The notes below the pieces were generated by a model that was not told the DNA's origin, did not search any database, and saw only the letters and a list, made by a program, of their open reading frames with translations. This document shows, one piece after another, positions 16,620-24,705 of a stretch of 64,000 nt of DNA. Position 1 is the stretch's first letter, and each line of letters opens with the position of its first letter. The translations under genes and the position numbers were made by a program. Source of the DNA: Thermoanaerobaculia bacterium (lineage in GTDB: Bacteria; Acidobacteriota; Thermoanaerobaculia; UBA5066; Gp7-AA6); the NCBI GenBank assembly GCA_035506175.1, contig DATJPZ010000078.1:12283-76282 (forward strand), read 5' to 3'.

Positions 16620-18079
16620 GGGAGCCTCCCGTCGCGCGACTGCTCGAGCGCTCCGATCCGGCCTTCGAGCTCCCGAATCTGCGCTTCCCGCGTGTCGAGC
16701 GATCGTTCCCGACTCTCGAGCGATTCGCGTCGTTCGGCGAGCCGAGCCTGGTCGTCGGCCAGACGCCGTTTCTGCTTCTGGAGCTCGTTGAGCAACAGCG
16801 CCGGGATCTCGTCGTAGCGAACGGTCAGCGCCTCTCCCGACCCGTCGCACACGACGAGGTCCGGCAGGGCGCGCTCGACCTCCTCGGCGATCAATCCGTA
16901 GGAGGTCCGCCCGGGCTGGTCCTTGTAGTGAAAGGCGACCGGCCGCAGCCTTTGGAGCGGGCCGCTCGCATCGGCCATGTCGAAGATCGCCTCTTTGCTG
17001 CGCGCCGACGACGTCGCGACCCCGAGCTGCCCCGTGACGTCGATCTGGACGAGAAGCCCCCCGCCGAGGGTCACTCCCCGGACGCCGGCCACGAAGGTCT
17101 TCGTCTGAATGCCGCCGGCGCCGAGACGAATGACCCCGCTGTCGTCGGAGACGCCGTCGTTGGCCACGTACAGGGCCGAGCCGCCCGTCGTCAGCGAGGA
17201 ACCGGCGCCTTGCCCGAGGGCGGCGTTGTTGTTCGAGAAGCCGGAGGCTCCCTGGAGCGCGTTCTTTCCGACGGCGGTGCTGTTGGTCCCGGCCGAGGAC
17301 ACGAGGGCGCCGACGCCGATCGCCGTGTTCATTTCCCCCGACGCGTTCACCGCCAGCGCATCGACGCCGAAAGCTTCGCTGACCGCGCCGTCTTGAAGGA
17401 GGGCAAGGGTCTCGACGCCGACGGCGACGTTCGACTGGCCGGACGTCGCGTTCAGGAGGGCGTTCTCGCCGGCGGCCGTGTTGGAGTTGGCGGTCGTGTC
17501 GCTCGCGAGGGCGTGAAACCCCACTGCGGTGAGCGCGGCCGCGGTCGTCGACGCGTTGCCGGCGCCGGTCCCGAGAAAGACGTTGCCGGCGTCCCCCGCG
17601 CTGCCGCCGAAGTACCCGTTGGTGTCGATGAGGAAGTCGGTGCCCGAAACCGCCGCCGCTACCGTGATGCCGCCGCCGGCGCCGAGCGGCACGACGGCCG
17701 CGTTGGCGACCGTCTGGCCCTGAACGTAGTTGACCGTCGACACGCCGGGCTGAGAGCCGCCCTGCGGGTAGAGCAGCACGTACCCCAGTCCCTGCGGGCT
17801 GACGACCGTCACGTTCAGCGACACAGCCGCCGCCCCGGCAGGGATCCCGCACCGACCCGCGATCGTGAAGCTGCGCGGAACGCCGGCCGCCAGCGACGGC
17901 GGCCCGTAACCGGGAGGCCTCGTCGCATCGCGCGTGTCCACGATCCGGCACGGCGTGATCCCGAGGAACGGCATCGGGACGGTCACGAGGGCCGGCGCCG
18001 CCGGCAGCTCTTCGCCGGCCGCGGAAGCCGCGGCCACGCCCAATCCGAACGCCAGCACGGCCGGAAGGCGGTGGTTCAT
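16616..18079 (-). CDS. Secreted tail-fibre-like protein, second of three tandem paralogues (same architecture)
   Basis: ATG at 18079 inside ORF 16616..19819, with ATGA overlaps at both ends. MNHRLPAVLAFGLGVAAASAAG is the signal peptide. PMPFLGITPCRIVDTRD. SSARSKEAIFDMAD...LRPVAFHYK...YGLIAEEVERALPDLVV. C-terminal heptad-rich tail. Confidence 0.88.
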   Translation of the reverse strand: MNHRLPAVLAFGLGVAAASAAGEELPAAPALVTVPMPFLGITPCRIVDTRDATRPPGYGPPSLAAGVPRSFTIAGRCGIPAGAAAVSLNVTVVSPQGLGYVLLYPQGGSQPGVSTVNYVQGQTVANAAVVPLGAGGGITVAAAVSGTDFLIDTNGYFGGSAGDAGNVFLGTGAGNASTTAAALTAVGFHALASDTTANSNTAAGENALLNATSGQSNVAVGVETLALLQDGAVSEAFGVDALAVNASGEMNTAIGVGALVSSAGTNSTAVGKNALQGASGFSNNNAALGQGAGSSLTTGGSALYVANDGVSDDSGVIRLGAGGIQTKTFVAGVRGVTLGGGLLVQIDVTGQLGVATSSARSKEAIFDMADASGPLQRLRPVAFHYKDQPGRTSYGLIAEEVERALPDLVVCDGSGEALTVRYDEIPALLLNELQKQKRRLADDQARLAERRESLESRERSLDTREAQIRELEGRIGALEQSRDGRLP

Positions 18080-19539
18080 CGTCCCCCTCCTTCTTCGAGC
18101 GCCGAGAGCCTGGCCCGGAGGGCCTCGATCCGCCGGCGATCGTTCCGCTCCCGCGCCGCCGCGCGCTCGGTCCGCGCCTCGAGCGCCGAGGATTCCGCCT
18201 TCTGCGCTTCGATCTGCGCCTGCTGCTTCTGGATTTCCTGGAGGAGCAGAACCGGGAGCTCGTCGTAGCGGACCGACACCGGAGCTCCGTCCGCGCCGCG
18301 GACCACGAGATCGGGCAGCACTGCCTCGACCTCCTCGGCGATCAGGCCGTAGCGGAGCTGCCCCTCCGCCGGCGCGCGATATCGAAAGGTGACGGGCCGG
18401 AGCGACAGGACGGAATTCGAGGCCGCGTCGAGGTCGCGGACGTCCTCCTTGAATCGCCGGGAAGAAACCAGCGTTCCGAACTGGCCGGTCGGGTCGACGA
18501 ACACCGGCAGGGCGTCGGCGAGAAGCGTGGCGCCGTAGATGCCGGCGATCCACGTCTGCGAAACGCCGGACGCCTCTCCGATCCGGATCGTCGCCGATTC
18601 GGTCGCGGGAGAGGAGATGGCGCCGATGTACACGTTGTTCGAGCCCGTCGCGAGATCCTGGCCCGCCGCCCAGGGAAACGCCGCGTTGTTGTTGCCCGAC
18701 GTCAATCCCTCCAGCGCGCCCTGACCGATCGCGGTGTTGTAGGAACCGGCGGCGACGTTGGCGAGACTGAAATAACCGGCGCCGGTGTTGTTCGATCCGG
18801 TCCCGTTGGCTTGCAGCGTGACGCCGAGGGCCGTGTTGCCGCTGCCGGTCGTGTTGGCGGAGAGCGCCTGCCTCCCGGCCGCGGTGTTTTCCGAGCCCGT
18901 CGTGTTGCTCATGAGCGCTTCCCATCCGAGCGCGGTGTTGCTCGAGCCGGTCGTGTTGGACCGAAGGGCCTCGACGCCCACGCCGGTGTTGTCGTCCTCC
19001 ACCGTCGTCGCGTTTCCGGCGTCGAGGTAGGCGCTCAAATAGCTCGTCGGGGAGGCGCCGTAGTAGCCGTTGACGTCGATGAGGAAGTCGGTACCGGAAA
19101 CCGCCGCCGCCACCGTGACGCCGCCGCCCGTCCCCAGCGGGACGATCGCCGCGTTGGCGACCGTCAGCCCCTGCACGTAGTTCAGCGTCGACACGCCGGG
19201 CTGGGAGCCGCCCTGCGGATAGAGCAGCACGTACCCCAGCCCCTGCGGGCTCACCACCGTGACGTTGAGCGACACCGCCTGTGCTCCCGTCGGAATCCCG
19301 CATTGCCCCGCCAGCGTGAAGCTGCGGGGAACCCCGGCCGCCAGCGAGGGCGGCCCGTAGCCGGGAGGCCTCGTCGCGTCCCGCGTGTCCACGATCCGGC
19401 ACGGCGTGATCCCGATGAACGGCATCGGGGACGTCACCAGCGCCGGAGCCGTGGGAAGGGCTTCGTCCGCTCTCGCGCCGCCCATGGCGACCGAAAGACC
19501 GGCGAGGAACGCGAGGCCGAAGCGAACGAAACGCGCCAT
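18076..19539 (-). CDS. Secreted tail-fibre-like protein, first of three tandem paralogues (same architecture)
   Basis: ORF track, 487 aa. aaggggggg RBS upstream of ATG 19539. MARFVRFGLAFLAGLSVAMGGARA is the signal peptide. PMPFIGITPCRIVDTRD. SSRRFKEDVRDLD...LRPVTFRYR...YGLIAEEVEAVLPDLVV. C-terminal coiled coil. Confidence 0.9.
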   Translation of the reverse strand: MARFVRFGLAFLAGLSVAMGGARADEALPTAPALVTSPMPFIGITPCRIVDTRDATRPPGYGPPSLAAGVPRSFTLAGQCGIPTGAQAVSLNVTVVSPQGLGYVLLYPQGGSQPGVSTLNYVQGLTVANAAIVPLGTGGGVTVAAAVSGTDFLIDVNGYYGASPTSYLSAYLDAGNATTVEDDNTGVGVEALRSNTTGSSNTALGWEALMSNTTGSENTAAGRQALSANTTGSGNTALGVTLQANGTGSNNTGAGYFSLANVAAGSYNTAIGQGALEGLTSGNNNAAFPWAAGQDLATGSNNVYIGAISSPATESATIRIGEASGVSQTWIAGIYGATLLADALPVFVDPTGQFGTLVSSRRFKEDVRDLDAASNSVLSLRPVTFRYRAPAEGQLRYGLIAEEVEAVLPDLVVRGADGAPVSVRYDELPVLLLQEIQKQQAQIEAQKAESSALEARTERAAARERNDRRRIEALRARLSALEEGGGR

Positions 19540-19637
19540 GGTCTGTCCCCCCCTTTGTTCCAGGCCGAACCCGACGCCCGTACGACACGCGCAACACGGC
19601 CCCGCGGGGGATCACCGCCGCGGCGCCACCCCGGTGT

Positions 19638-21410
19638 CTACGGCAAGTCGCGGTGGCGGGGCAGGGCCGGAGCAGCCGCGTCCGACCGGACGAACCCGAA
19701 ACCGAAGCGCGATCCGGCGGAGCCCTCGAGCACGACTTCGAGCGGCGCGCCGGCGGCGGCCAGCGGACACCTCGCCCAGCCGCCGCCGGGAAGGGGGAAT
19801 CGCTCCGGCCGCTCGACACCGCCGGCCCGGACCGTCACTTCGAGGCCCGCCCGGTCCTCGAGGTCGAGTCCGAGCTCGACACCCGGTTGACTTTGCGGCA
19901 GCCGGCACCGGACCCGCGCGGCGGCGCTCCCGGAGTCGGGCGCGGCGACGGCCCGGTCCCCCGAAAACGCGGCGAACCGTCCCGCCTCGGCCTCGCACGC
20001 GACGAGCCCCTTGCCTCCAGCCACCGTGAGCGGCACCCGCAGGACCCGGGGCGGCGCCTCGTCCTTCCGTACGGCGAGGCGCCCGAGCGCCGGGGCCGCG
20101 CCCAGCAGACCCGCGGCCAGGACCGCGCCGAGCACGAGATACCGCCGCCGCGCGCCACGCTCTCCCGGCGCCGCGAGAGCCGCGGCAAAGAGGGAAAGCG
20201 CCAGCAGCGCGAGCGCGATGGCGGGCACCATGAGGCGCCCGAGCGGCGAGAACACGACCTGCACGAGCGTCCTGAGCAGGACGGCCGCCGCGACGACGAG
20301 AATCGCTCGATCGCGGCGGGCAAGCGCCCACGCCGTCGCGGCGAGGAAGAATCCGCTGACGAGCGCCATCTCGAGCCTCAAGAGCGGCGCGGCGGCCGAC
20401 GTCAGCGCGGCGGCGGCGGACGCGCGGAAGGCCGGCAGCGCTCCCGGCGCGCCGAGGCTCCAGAAAAGATTCTGCGCTTCGCTGTCGACCGCCATTCTCG
20501 CGGCGGAGGCCCCCGCGCGAAACGCGTGATAGCGCCAGCGGCGCCGGGCCTCCTCGGCCGCCAGACGCCACGCCGCGCGCCGCAGGGCGAGCGGATCCGT
20601 CGAAAGTCCCGGCTCGACCGCCACCGCGAAAAGCGTCGGATCGACCCAGCCGGCTGCCGCCGATCCCGGAGCCAGCGTCCCGAGCACGCTCAGGCCGCCG
20701 TGATCGGTCGTCAACGCGAAGCGGCCCGTCGCCGCACGGCGCTCGAGGGCGAGCGCCAGAAGCGGGATCGCGGCGGCCACGGCCGTCTCGAGCAGGCGCC
20801 GGGCGCGGCTCTCGCGGCGGCCCGGAAGGCCCGCCGCCGCCAATGCCGGCGGCAGCAGAACGACCAGCATTTCCTGGCGGATCGCCACCGCGGCGGCAAA
20901 GAGAACGCCGGCGAGAACGGGGTGACCCGGATCCGACGAATCGCGCAGCCGCCTGACTGCCAGGCACGCGAGAGCGACCGTCGGCGGCAGGACCCAGTTT
21001 TCCTGCGCGACGACCCCGGAAAAGAAGACCTGCCCTGGCCACAGCGCGAGCAGGGCGCCGGCAAAGAGGCGCGCGCGCAAGCCCAGGATCGGCCTCCAGA
21101 TCAGGAACGGCAACAGCGCCGTCAGCCCCGTGACGACGGCCGTCGCCTCGCGCGCCGCCGCGGCCACGCCGTGCGGAAAGAGCCGGAAGAGCGCCGACAG
21201 CAGCAGGGGCAAGCCCGCGTTGAACTGGACCCAGTGCCACCCCGGCACCGCGAGGCCCTCGTCGCGCAGGCGCAGGCCGAACACGACGAGGCCGCGAAAA
21301 TCGGACACCGGTTCGGTCGGGAAGGCCCCGACGAAACCGAGGCGAAGGCCGACGCCGGCGAGAACGAGGGCAGCCGCACCGATCGCCTCCCGCCCGGCAC
21401 GTGGAGTCAA
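19638..21410 (-). CDS. Polytopic GT-C-type membrane glycosyltransferase-like protein with C-terminal soluble domain
   Basis: ORF track, 590 aa. About 11-13 hydrophobic helices over the first ~400 aa, then a ~170-aa soluble tail. General resemblance to the family 39/83/87 membrane glycosyltransferases. The family assignment is tentative. Confidence 0.7.
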   Translation of the reverse strand: MTPRAGREAIGAAALVLAGVGLRLGFVGAFPTEPVSDFRGLVVFGLRLRDEGLAVPGWHWVQFNAGLPLLLSALFRLFPHGVAAAAREATAVVTGLTALLPFLIWRPILGLRARLFAGALLALWPGQVFFSGVVAQENWVLPPTVALACLAVRRLRDSSDPGHPVLAGVLFAAAVAIRQEMLVVLLPPALAAAGLPGRRESRARRLLETAVAAAIPLLALALERRAATGRFALTTDHGGLSVLGTLAPGSAAAGWVDPTLFAVAVEPGLSTDPLALRRAAWRLAAEEARRRWRYHAFRAGASAARMAVDSEAQNLFWSLGAPGALPAFRASAAAALTSAAAPLLRLEMALVSGFFLAATAWALARRDRAILVVAAAVLLRTLVQVVFSPLGRLMVPAIALALLALSLFAAALAAPGERGARRRYLVLGAVLAAGLLGAAPALGRLAVRKDEAPPRVLRVPLTVAGGKGLVACEAEAGRFAAFSGDRAVAAPDSGSAAARVRCRLPQSQPGVELGLDLEDRAGLEVTVRAGGVERPERFPLPGGGWARCPLAAAGAPLEVVLEGSAGSRFGFGFVRSDAAAPALPRHRDLP

Positions 21411-21462
21411 GCGCGCATTCCTGCGCCCGAAGCCTACAGGACCGCGCGGGGGCGGGCGCGTG

Positions 21463-21819
21463 TCAGCGGGTCGCGGGCGGCGGAGCCGTCGGCGTCACGG
21501 TCGCCGTGGCGACCGAGGCCGGCTCGACGCGGATCGAGGTCGCCACCTTCTTGCCGTCGCGCTCGAGGTACCGGACCGCGACGCGGTCGCCGGCTTTGAG
21601 CGCTTCGCCGTTGATCTTCGTGGCGGCGGTCCGCACGAGCGTCGTCGTCTTGCCCGCGCTGCTGCGCACGACGAGCGTCTTCGCGGCGTCGTCCACGCGA
21701 TCGACCGTCCCCGAGAGCGAGAACCCGTGCGTCTTGGTCTTCTCGGGCGTGGCGGCGCTCCCGGCGGCCGAGGCGGCCAGGACGGCGAACGCGAGCGCGG
21801 CGGTGCGGAGGCCCCTCAT
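21463..21819 (-). CDS. Small secreted protein (OB/beta-barrel-like, unknown function)
   Basis: ORF track, 118 aa. MRGLRTAALAFAVLAASAAGSAA is the signal peptide. GTVDRVDDAAKTLVVRSS...GDRVAVRYLERDGKKVATSIRV. Confidence 0.7.
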   Translation of the reverse strand: MRGLRTAALAFAVLAASAAGSAATPEKTKTHGFSLSGTVDRVDDAAKTLVVRSSAGKTTTLVRTAATKINGEALKAGDRVAVRYLERDGKKVATSIRVEPASVATATVTPTAPPPATR

Positions 21820-21881
21820 CGTCTGGAGGCTAGTCGGCGCTCCATGAACGCAGCGTGAACGAAGGCGTTAGAGTTAAGACC

Positions 21882-23564
21882 ATGAAAAAACCGTTCGTCG
21901 CCCTCACGGCCTTGCTCTGTCTGGCCGCCGCGGGTCGGGCCGCCGACGCCCCGTACGACCTTCTCATCGCCGGCGCGCGCGTCGTCGACGGCACGAGCGC
22001 GCCCTGGTTCGTGGCGGACGTCGGCGTCCGCGACGGACGCATCGCCGCGGTCGGCGCGCTGGCGGGACATGCGGCCAGGCGCACGATCGACGCCTCGGGC
22101 CTCTACCTGACGCCGGGCTTCATCGACCTGCTCGGCCAGTCCGAGTACAACGTTCTCGTCGACAGGCGCGCGGCCTCGAAGATCACGCAGGGGATCACGA
22201 CGGAGGTCACCGGCGAAGGCTCCTCGATCGCGCCGTTGAACGCCGCGATGCTCGCCGAAGGCAAGGACATCTACGCTCGCTACGGCTACACGCCCGACTT
22301 CACGACCCTCGACGGGTACTTCCGGACGTTCGAGAAGCGCGGGAGCGCGATCAACCTCGCGACCTTCGTCGGCGCCGGCACGGTGCGCGAGCTCGTCCTC
22401 GGCCAGGCCGATCGCCGCGCCACGCCCGACGAGCTGAAGACGATGTGCGACGTCGTGGACCAGGCCATGCGCGAAGGCGCGGTCGGCGTCTCGTCGTCGC
22501 TCCAGTACGTGCCGGACATGTACAACTCGACCGACGAGCTGATCGCCATGGCGAAAGTCGCGGCGCGCTACGGCGGCGCTTACTTCACGCACCAGCGATC
22601 CGAGGCCAACGCGATCGACGCCTCCCTGGACGAGGTCTTCCGCATCGCGAAGGAAGCGGGCATCCGCACCCAGATCTGGCATCTGAAGACGGCTTACAAG
22701 AAGAACTGGGGCCGCATGCCGGCCATCCTCGAGCGCCTCCGGGCGGCCCGCGCCGAGGGCATCGACGTCGCCGCGAACCAGTACCCCTACACGGCCGGCT
22801 CGAACGGTCTCGACGCGTGCCTCCCGCCCTGGATCCGCGAGGGAGGTCACGACGCTCTCCTGAAGCGTCTCGCCGACCCGGCAAAGCGCGAGCGCGCGAA
22901 GAAGGAAATGCTCGAGGACTCCGACGCGTGGTCGAACCAGTACCTCGGCTCCGGCGGCCCGGAGGGCGTGCTGGTCGCCTCGGTGGTCAACACGTCGCTC
23001 AAGAAGTACGAGGGCAAGACCATCGCGCAGATCGCGGCGGAGGAGAAAAAGGACCCGCGCGACGCCCTGATCGACCTCGTCATCGCCGACAAGGGCAACA
23101 CGGCCTGCATCATCTTCATCATGGACGAAAACGACGTGCAGACGGCCTTGAAGAGCCCGCTCGTCTCCTTCGGCACCGACTCGGGCGCCGGCGCGACCGA
23201 CGGGATCTTCTCGCAGGAGAAGTCCCATCCCCGCGGCTGGGCATCGACGGCGCGGATCCTCGGGCACTACGTCCGCGACGAGAAGCTTCTGCCGCTCGAG
23301 GAGGCCGTGCGCAAGATGACGTCGTTCCCCGCCGAGGCCGCGGGCCTGAAGGAACGCGGTCTCATCAAGGAGGGCTTTGCGGCCGACCTCGTCCTGCTCG
23401 ACCTCGCGAAGGTCAAGGACCTCGCGTCCTACGAAGAGCCGCGCCGCTACAGCGCCGGTTTCCCGTACGTCGCGGTCAACGGAGTCCTCGTCGTCGACGA
23501 CGGGCGCCTCACGGGCGCAGCGCCCGGCAGGGCGCTGCGGGGGCCGGGCTACCGGGCGCCCTGA
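21882..23564 (+). CDS. Secreted amidohydrolase, N-acyl-D-amino-acid deacylase (D-aminoacylase) family
   Basis: ATG at 21882 gives the signal peptide MKKPFVALTALLCLAAAGRA. DLLIAGARVVDGTSAPWFVADVGVRDGRIAAVG...LTPGFIDLLGQSEY...ITQGITTEVTGEG is family-typical. However, the usual HxH is replaced by LxG. Confidence 0.85.
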   Translation: MKKPFVALTALLCLAAAGRAADAPYDLLIAGARVVDGTSAPWFVADVGVRDGRIAAVGALAGHAARRTIDASGLYLTPGFIDLLGQSEYNVLVDRRAASKITQGITTEVTGEGSSIAPLNAAMLAEGKDIYARYGYTPDFTTLDGYFRTFEKRGSAINLATFVGAGTVRELVLGQADRRATPDELKTMCDVVDQAMREGAVGVSSSLQYVPDMYNSTDELIAMAKVAARYGGAYFTHQRSEANAIDASLDEVFRIAKEAGIRTQIWHLKTAYKKNWGRMPAILERLRAARAEGIDVAANQYPYTAGSNGLDACLPPWIREGGHDALLKRLADPAKRERAKKEMLEDSDAWSNQYLGSGGPEGVLVASVVNTSLKKYEGKTIAQIAAEEKKDPRDALIDLVIADKGNTACIIFIMDENDVQTALKSPLVSFGTDSGAGATDGIFSQEKSHPRGWASTARILGHYVRDEKLLPLEEAVRKMTSFPAEAAGLKERGLIKEGFAADLVLLDLAKVKDLASYEEPRRYSAGFPYVAVNGVLVVDDGRLTGAAPGRALRGPGYRAP

Positions 23565-23568
23565 TTTC

Positions 23569-24048
23569 TCAGGGCTCGGCCGGTTCGTCGCCGGCCGCGG
23601 CCGCAGGCGTCGCCGGGTCCAGCCAGGGCGCGTCGACACACCCGAGAAACCGCGCCTGCTGGTCGGGCCTCAGGATCGCGAGGACCTGGTTCAGGACGGC
23701 CTCGCGCCCGGTGCGGAGCGTCTGGCGCGCGGCTTCGAGCGCCAGCGCGTCCGCCCCGATCGCGCAGGCATCCGGCGGCGTCGCTCCGAGGGCGGTCTCG
23801 AGCGTCTGACGGGCGGCCTGGACGGCGGCGACGGCGGCGTCGAGCGTCGGCCTGGCCGCGTCGAGCGCCGCCTGAACGTCCGACCTTTCCTGGTCGGTCA
23901 GGTCGAGGATCGACAGGCACTCGCGCAGGCGGTGGCGAAGAAAAGAATGGCGAACGGGCGTGGCCGGCTCGGCGGTCTGGGCCGCCGAAAAACCGGCGAG
24001 CGAGACACCGAGGACGACCGATACGGCGCCGCGGTTGAGCCGACCCAT
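23569..24048 (-). CDS. Periplasmic Spy/CpxP-like (LTxxQ-type) helical protein
   Basis: Second ATG (24048) is preferred because gaaggggg lies 6 nt upstream. MGRLNRGAVSVVLGVSLAGFSAAQTA is the signal peptide. Helical repeats with DLTDQERSDVQAAL and LRPDQQARF. Confidence 0.6.
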   Translation of the reverse strand: MGRLNRGAVSVVLGVSLAGFSAAQTAEPATPVRHSFLRHRLRECLSILDLTDQERSDVQAALDAARPTLDAAVAAVQAARQTLETALGATPPDACAIGADALALEAARQTLRTGREAVLNQVLAILRPDQQARFLGCVDAPWLDPATPAAAAGDEPAEP

Positions 24049-24125
24049 GGGAGCCCCCTTCGCCCGCAATGCCGCGAGCTCTGGGGCTTGGACGAGGCAG
24101 ACGCGGACCGGTTTACTCCCGGTCC

Positions 24126-24200
24126 GTCATCCCGAGCGAAGCGAGCGATTCCGTTGGAAGCCCCGGGATCCGGGAAATCGATTCACGGCCTCGGGATGAC
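24126..24200. repeat. Long-loop hairpin / REP-like element downstream of the usp gene
   Basis: gtcatcccgag (24126..24136) pairs perfectly with ctcgggatgac (24190..24200). The gtcatcccgagcgaagcgag motif resembles a widespread intergenic repeat class. Confidence 0.5.
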
Positions 24201-24218
24201 CGGCGTGCCAGCCGCCGG

Positions 24219-24632
24219 TCACTTGACCAGGAGCACCGGGCACCGCGACAGGATCCCGACCTTGTGGCTGATCGTGCCCCAGTGCTCGCCGGGATGGCGA
24301 AGCGCGAGGCGGTGCGAGCTCATCACGATCAGATCGACCTCGTGCTCGGCGGCGTAGCGGAGGATCTCGTTGACGCGGTTGCCGTAGAGGATCTCGCCCG
24401 ACGCCGCCGCGGGGCGGGCCTGCCGGACGAGGGCGGAAAGCTGCCGGCGGGCCGCGGCCTCGAGCTTGCGGTAGAACCCGGCCAGGCCGCCCGGATCGCC
24501 CGCATCGACGCGCTCGATGACGTGGAGCAGGGTCAGCGACGCCTTCCGGTCCGAGGCGACGCGGGCCGCCATCTTCACCGCGCGGAGATTCTTCTTCGTG
24601 AAATCGACCGGCACCAGGATTCGGCGAAACAT
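24219..24632 (-). CDS. Universal stress protein (UspA family)
   Basis: ORF track, 137 aa. MFRRILVPVDFTKKN...LLHVIE...DLIVMSSH...GTISHKVGILSRCPVLLVK. Confidence 0.9.
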   Translation of the reverse strand: MFRRILVPVDFTKKNLRAVKMAARVASDRKASLTLLHVIERVDAGDPGGLAGFYRKLEAAARRQLSALVRQARPAAASGEILYGNRVNEILRYAAEHEVDLIVMSSHRLALRHPGEHWGTISHKVGILSRCPVLLVK

Positions 24633-24705
24633 CCGGCACCTCCCTTTCCGACGTTACCGAAGCCTCCGAACCCGGGCCTGATGCGCTCGCATCAGGCCGC
24701 CCGCG

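Noticed and set aside
15147-19539. Diversity-generating retroelement or invertible-segment explanation for the hypervariable, Asn-rich fibre centres
   Set aside because: No reverse transcriptase, template repeat, recombinase or flanking inverted repeats are present in or near the cassette. The Asn richness is explained by YadA-head-like NTAxG repeats.
13517-21819. Prophage or tailocin remnant as the source of the tail-fibre-like genes
   Set aside because: No capsid, terminase, portal, sheath/tube, baseplate, lysis or integrase genes are present, and there is no att-like repeat. All three fibre proteins have Sec signal peptides, which phage fibres lack. The flanks are cellular envelope genes.
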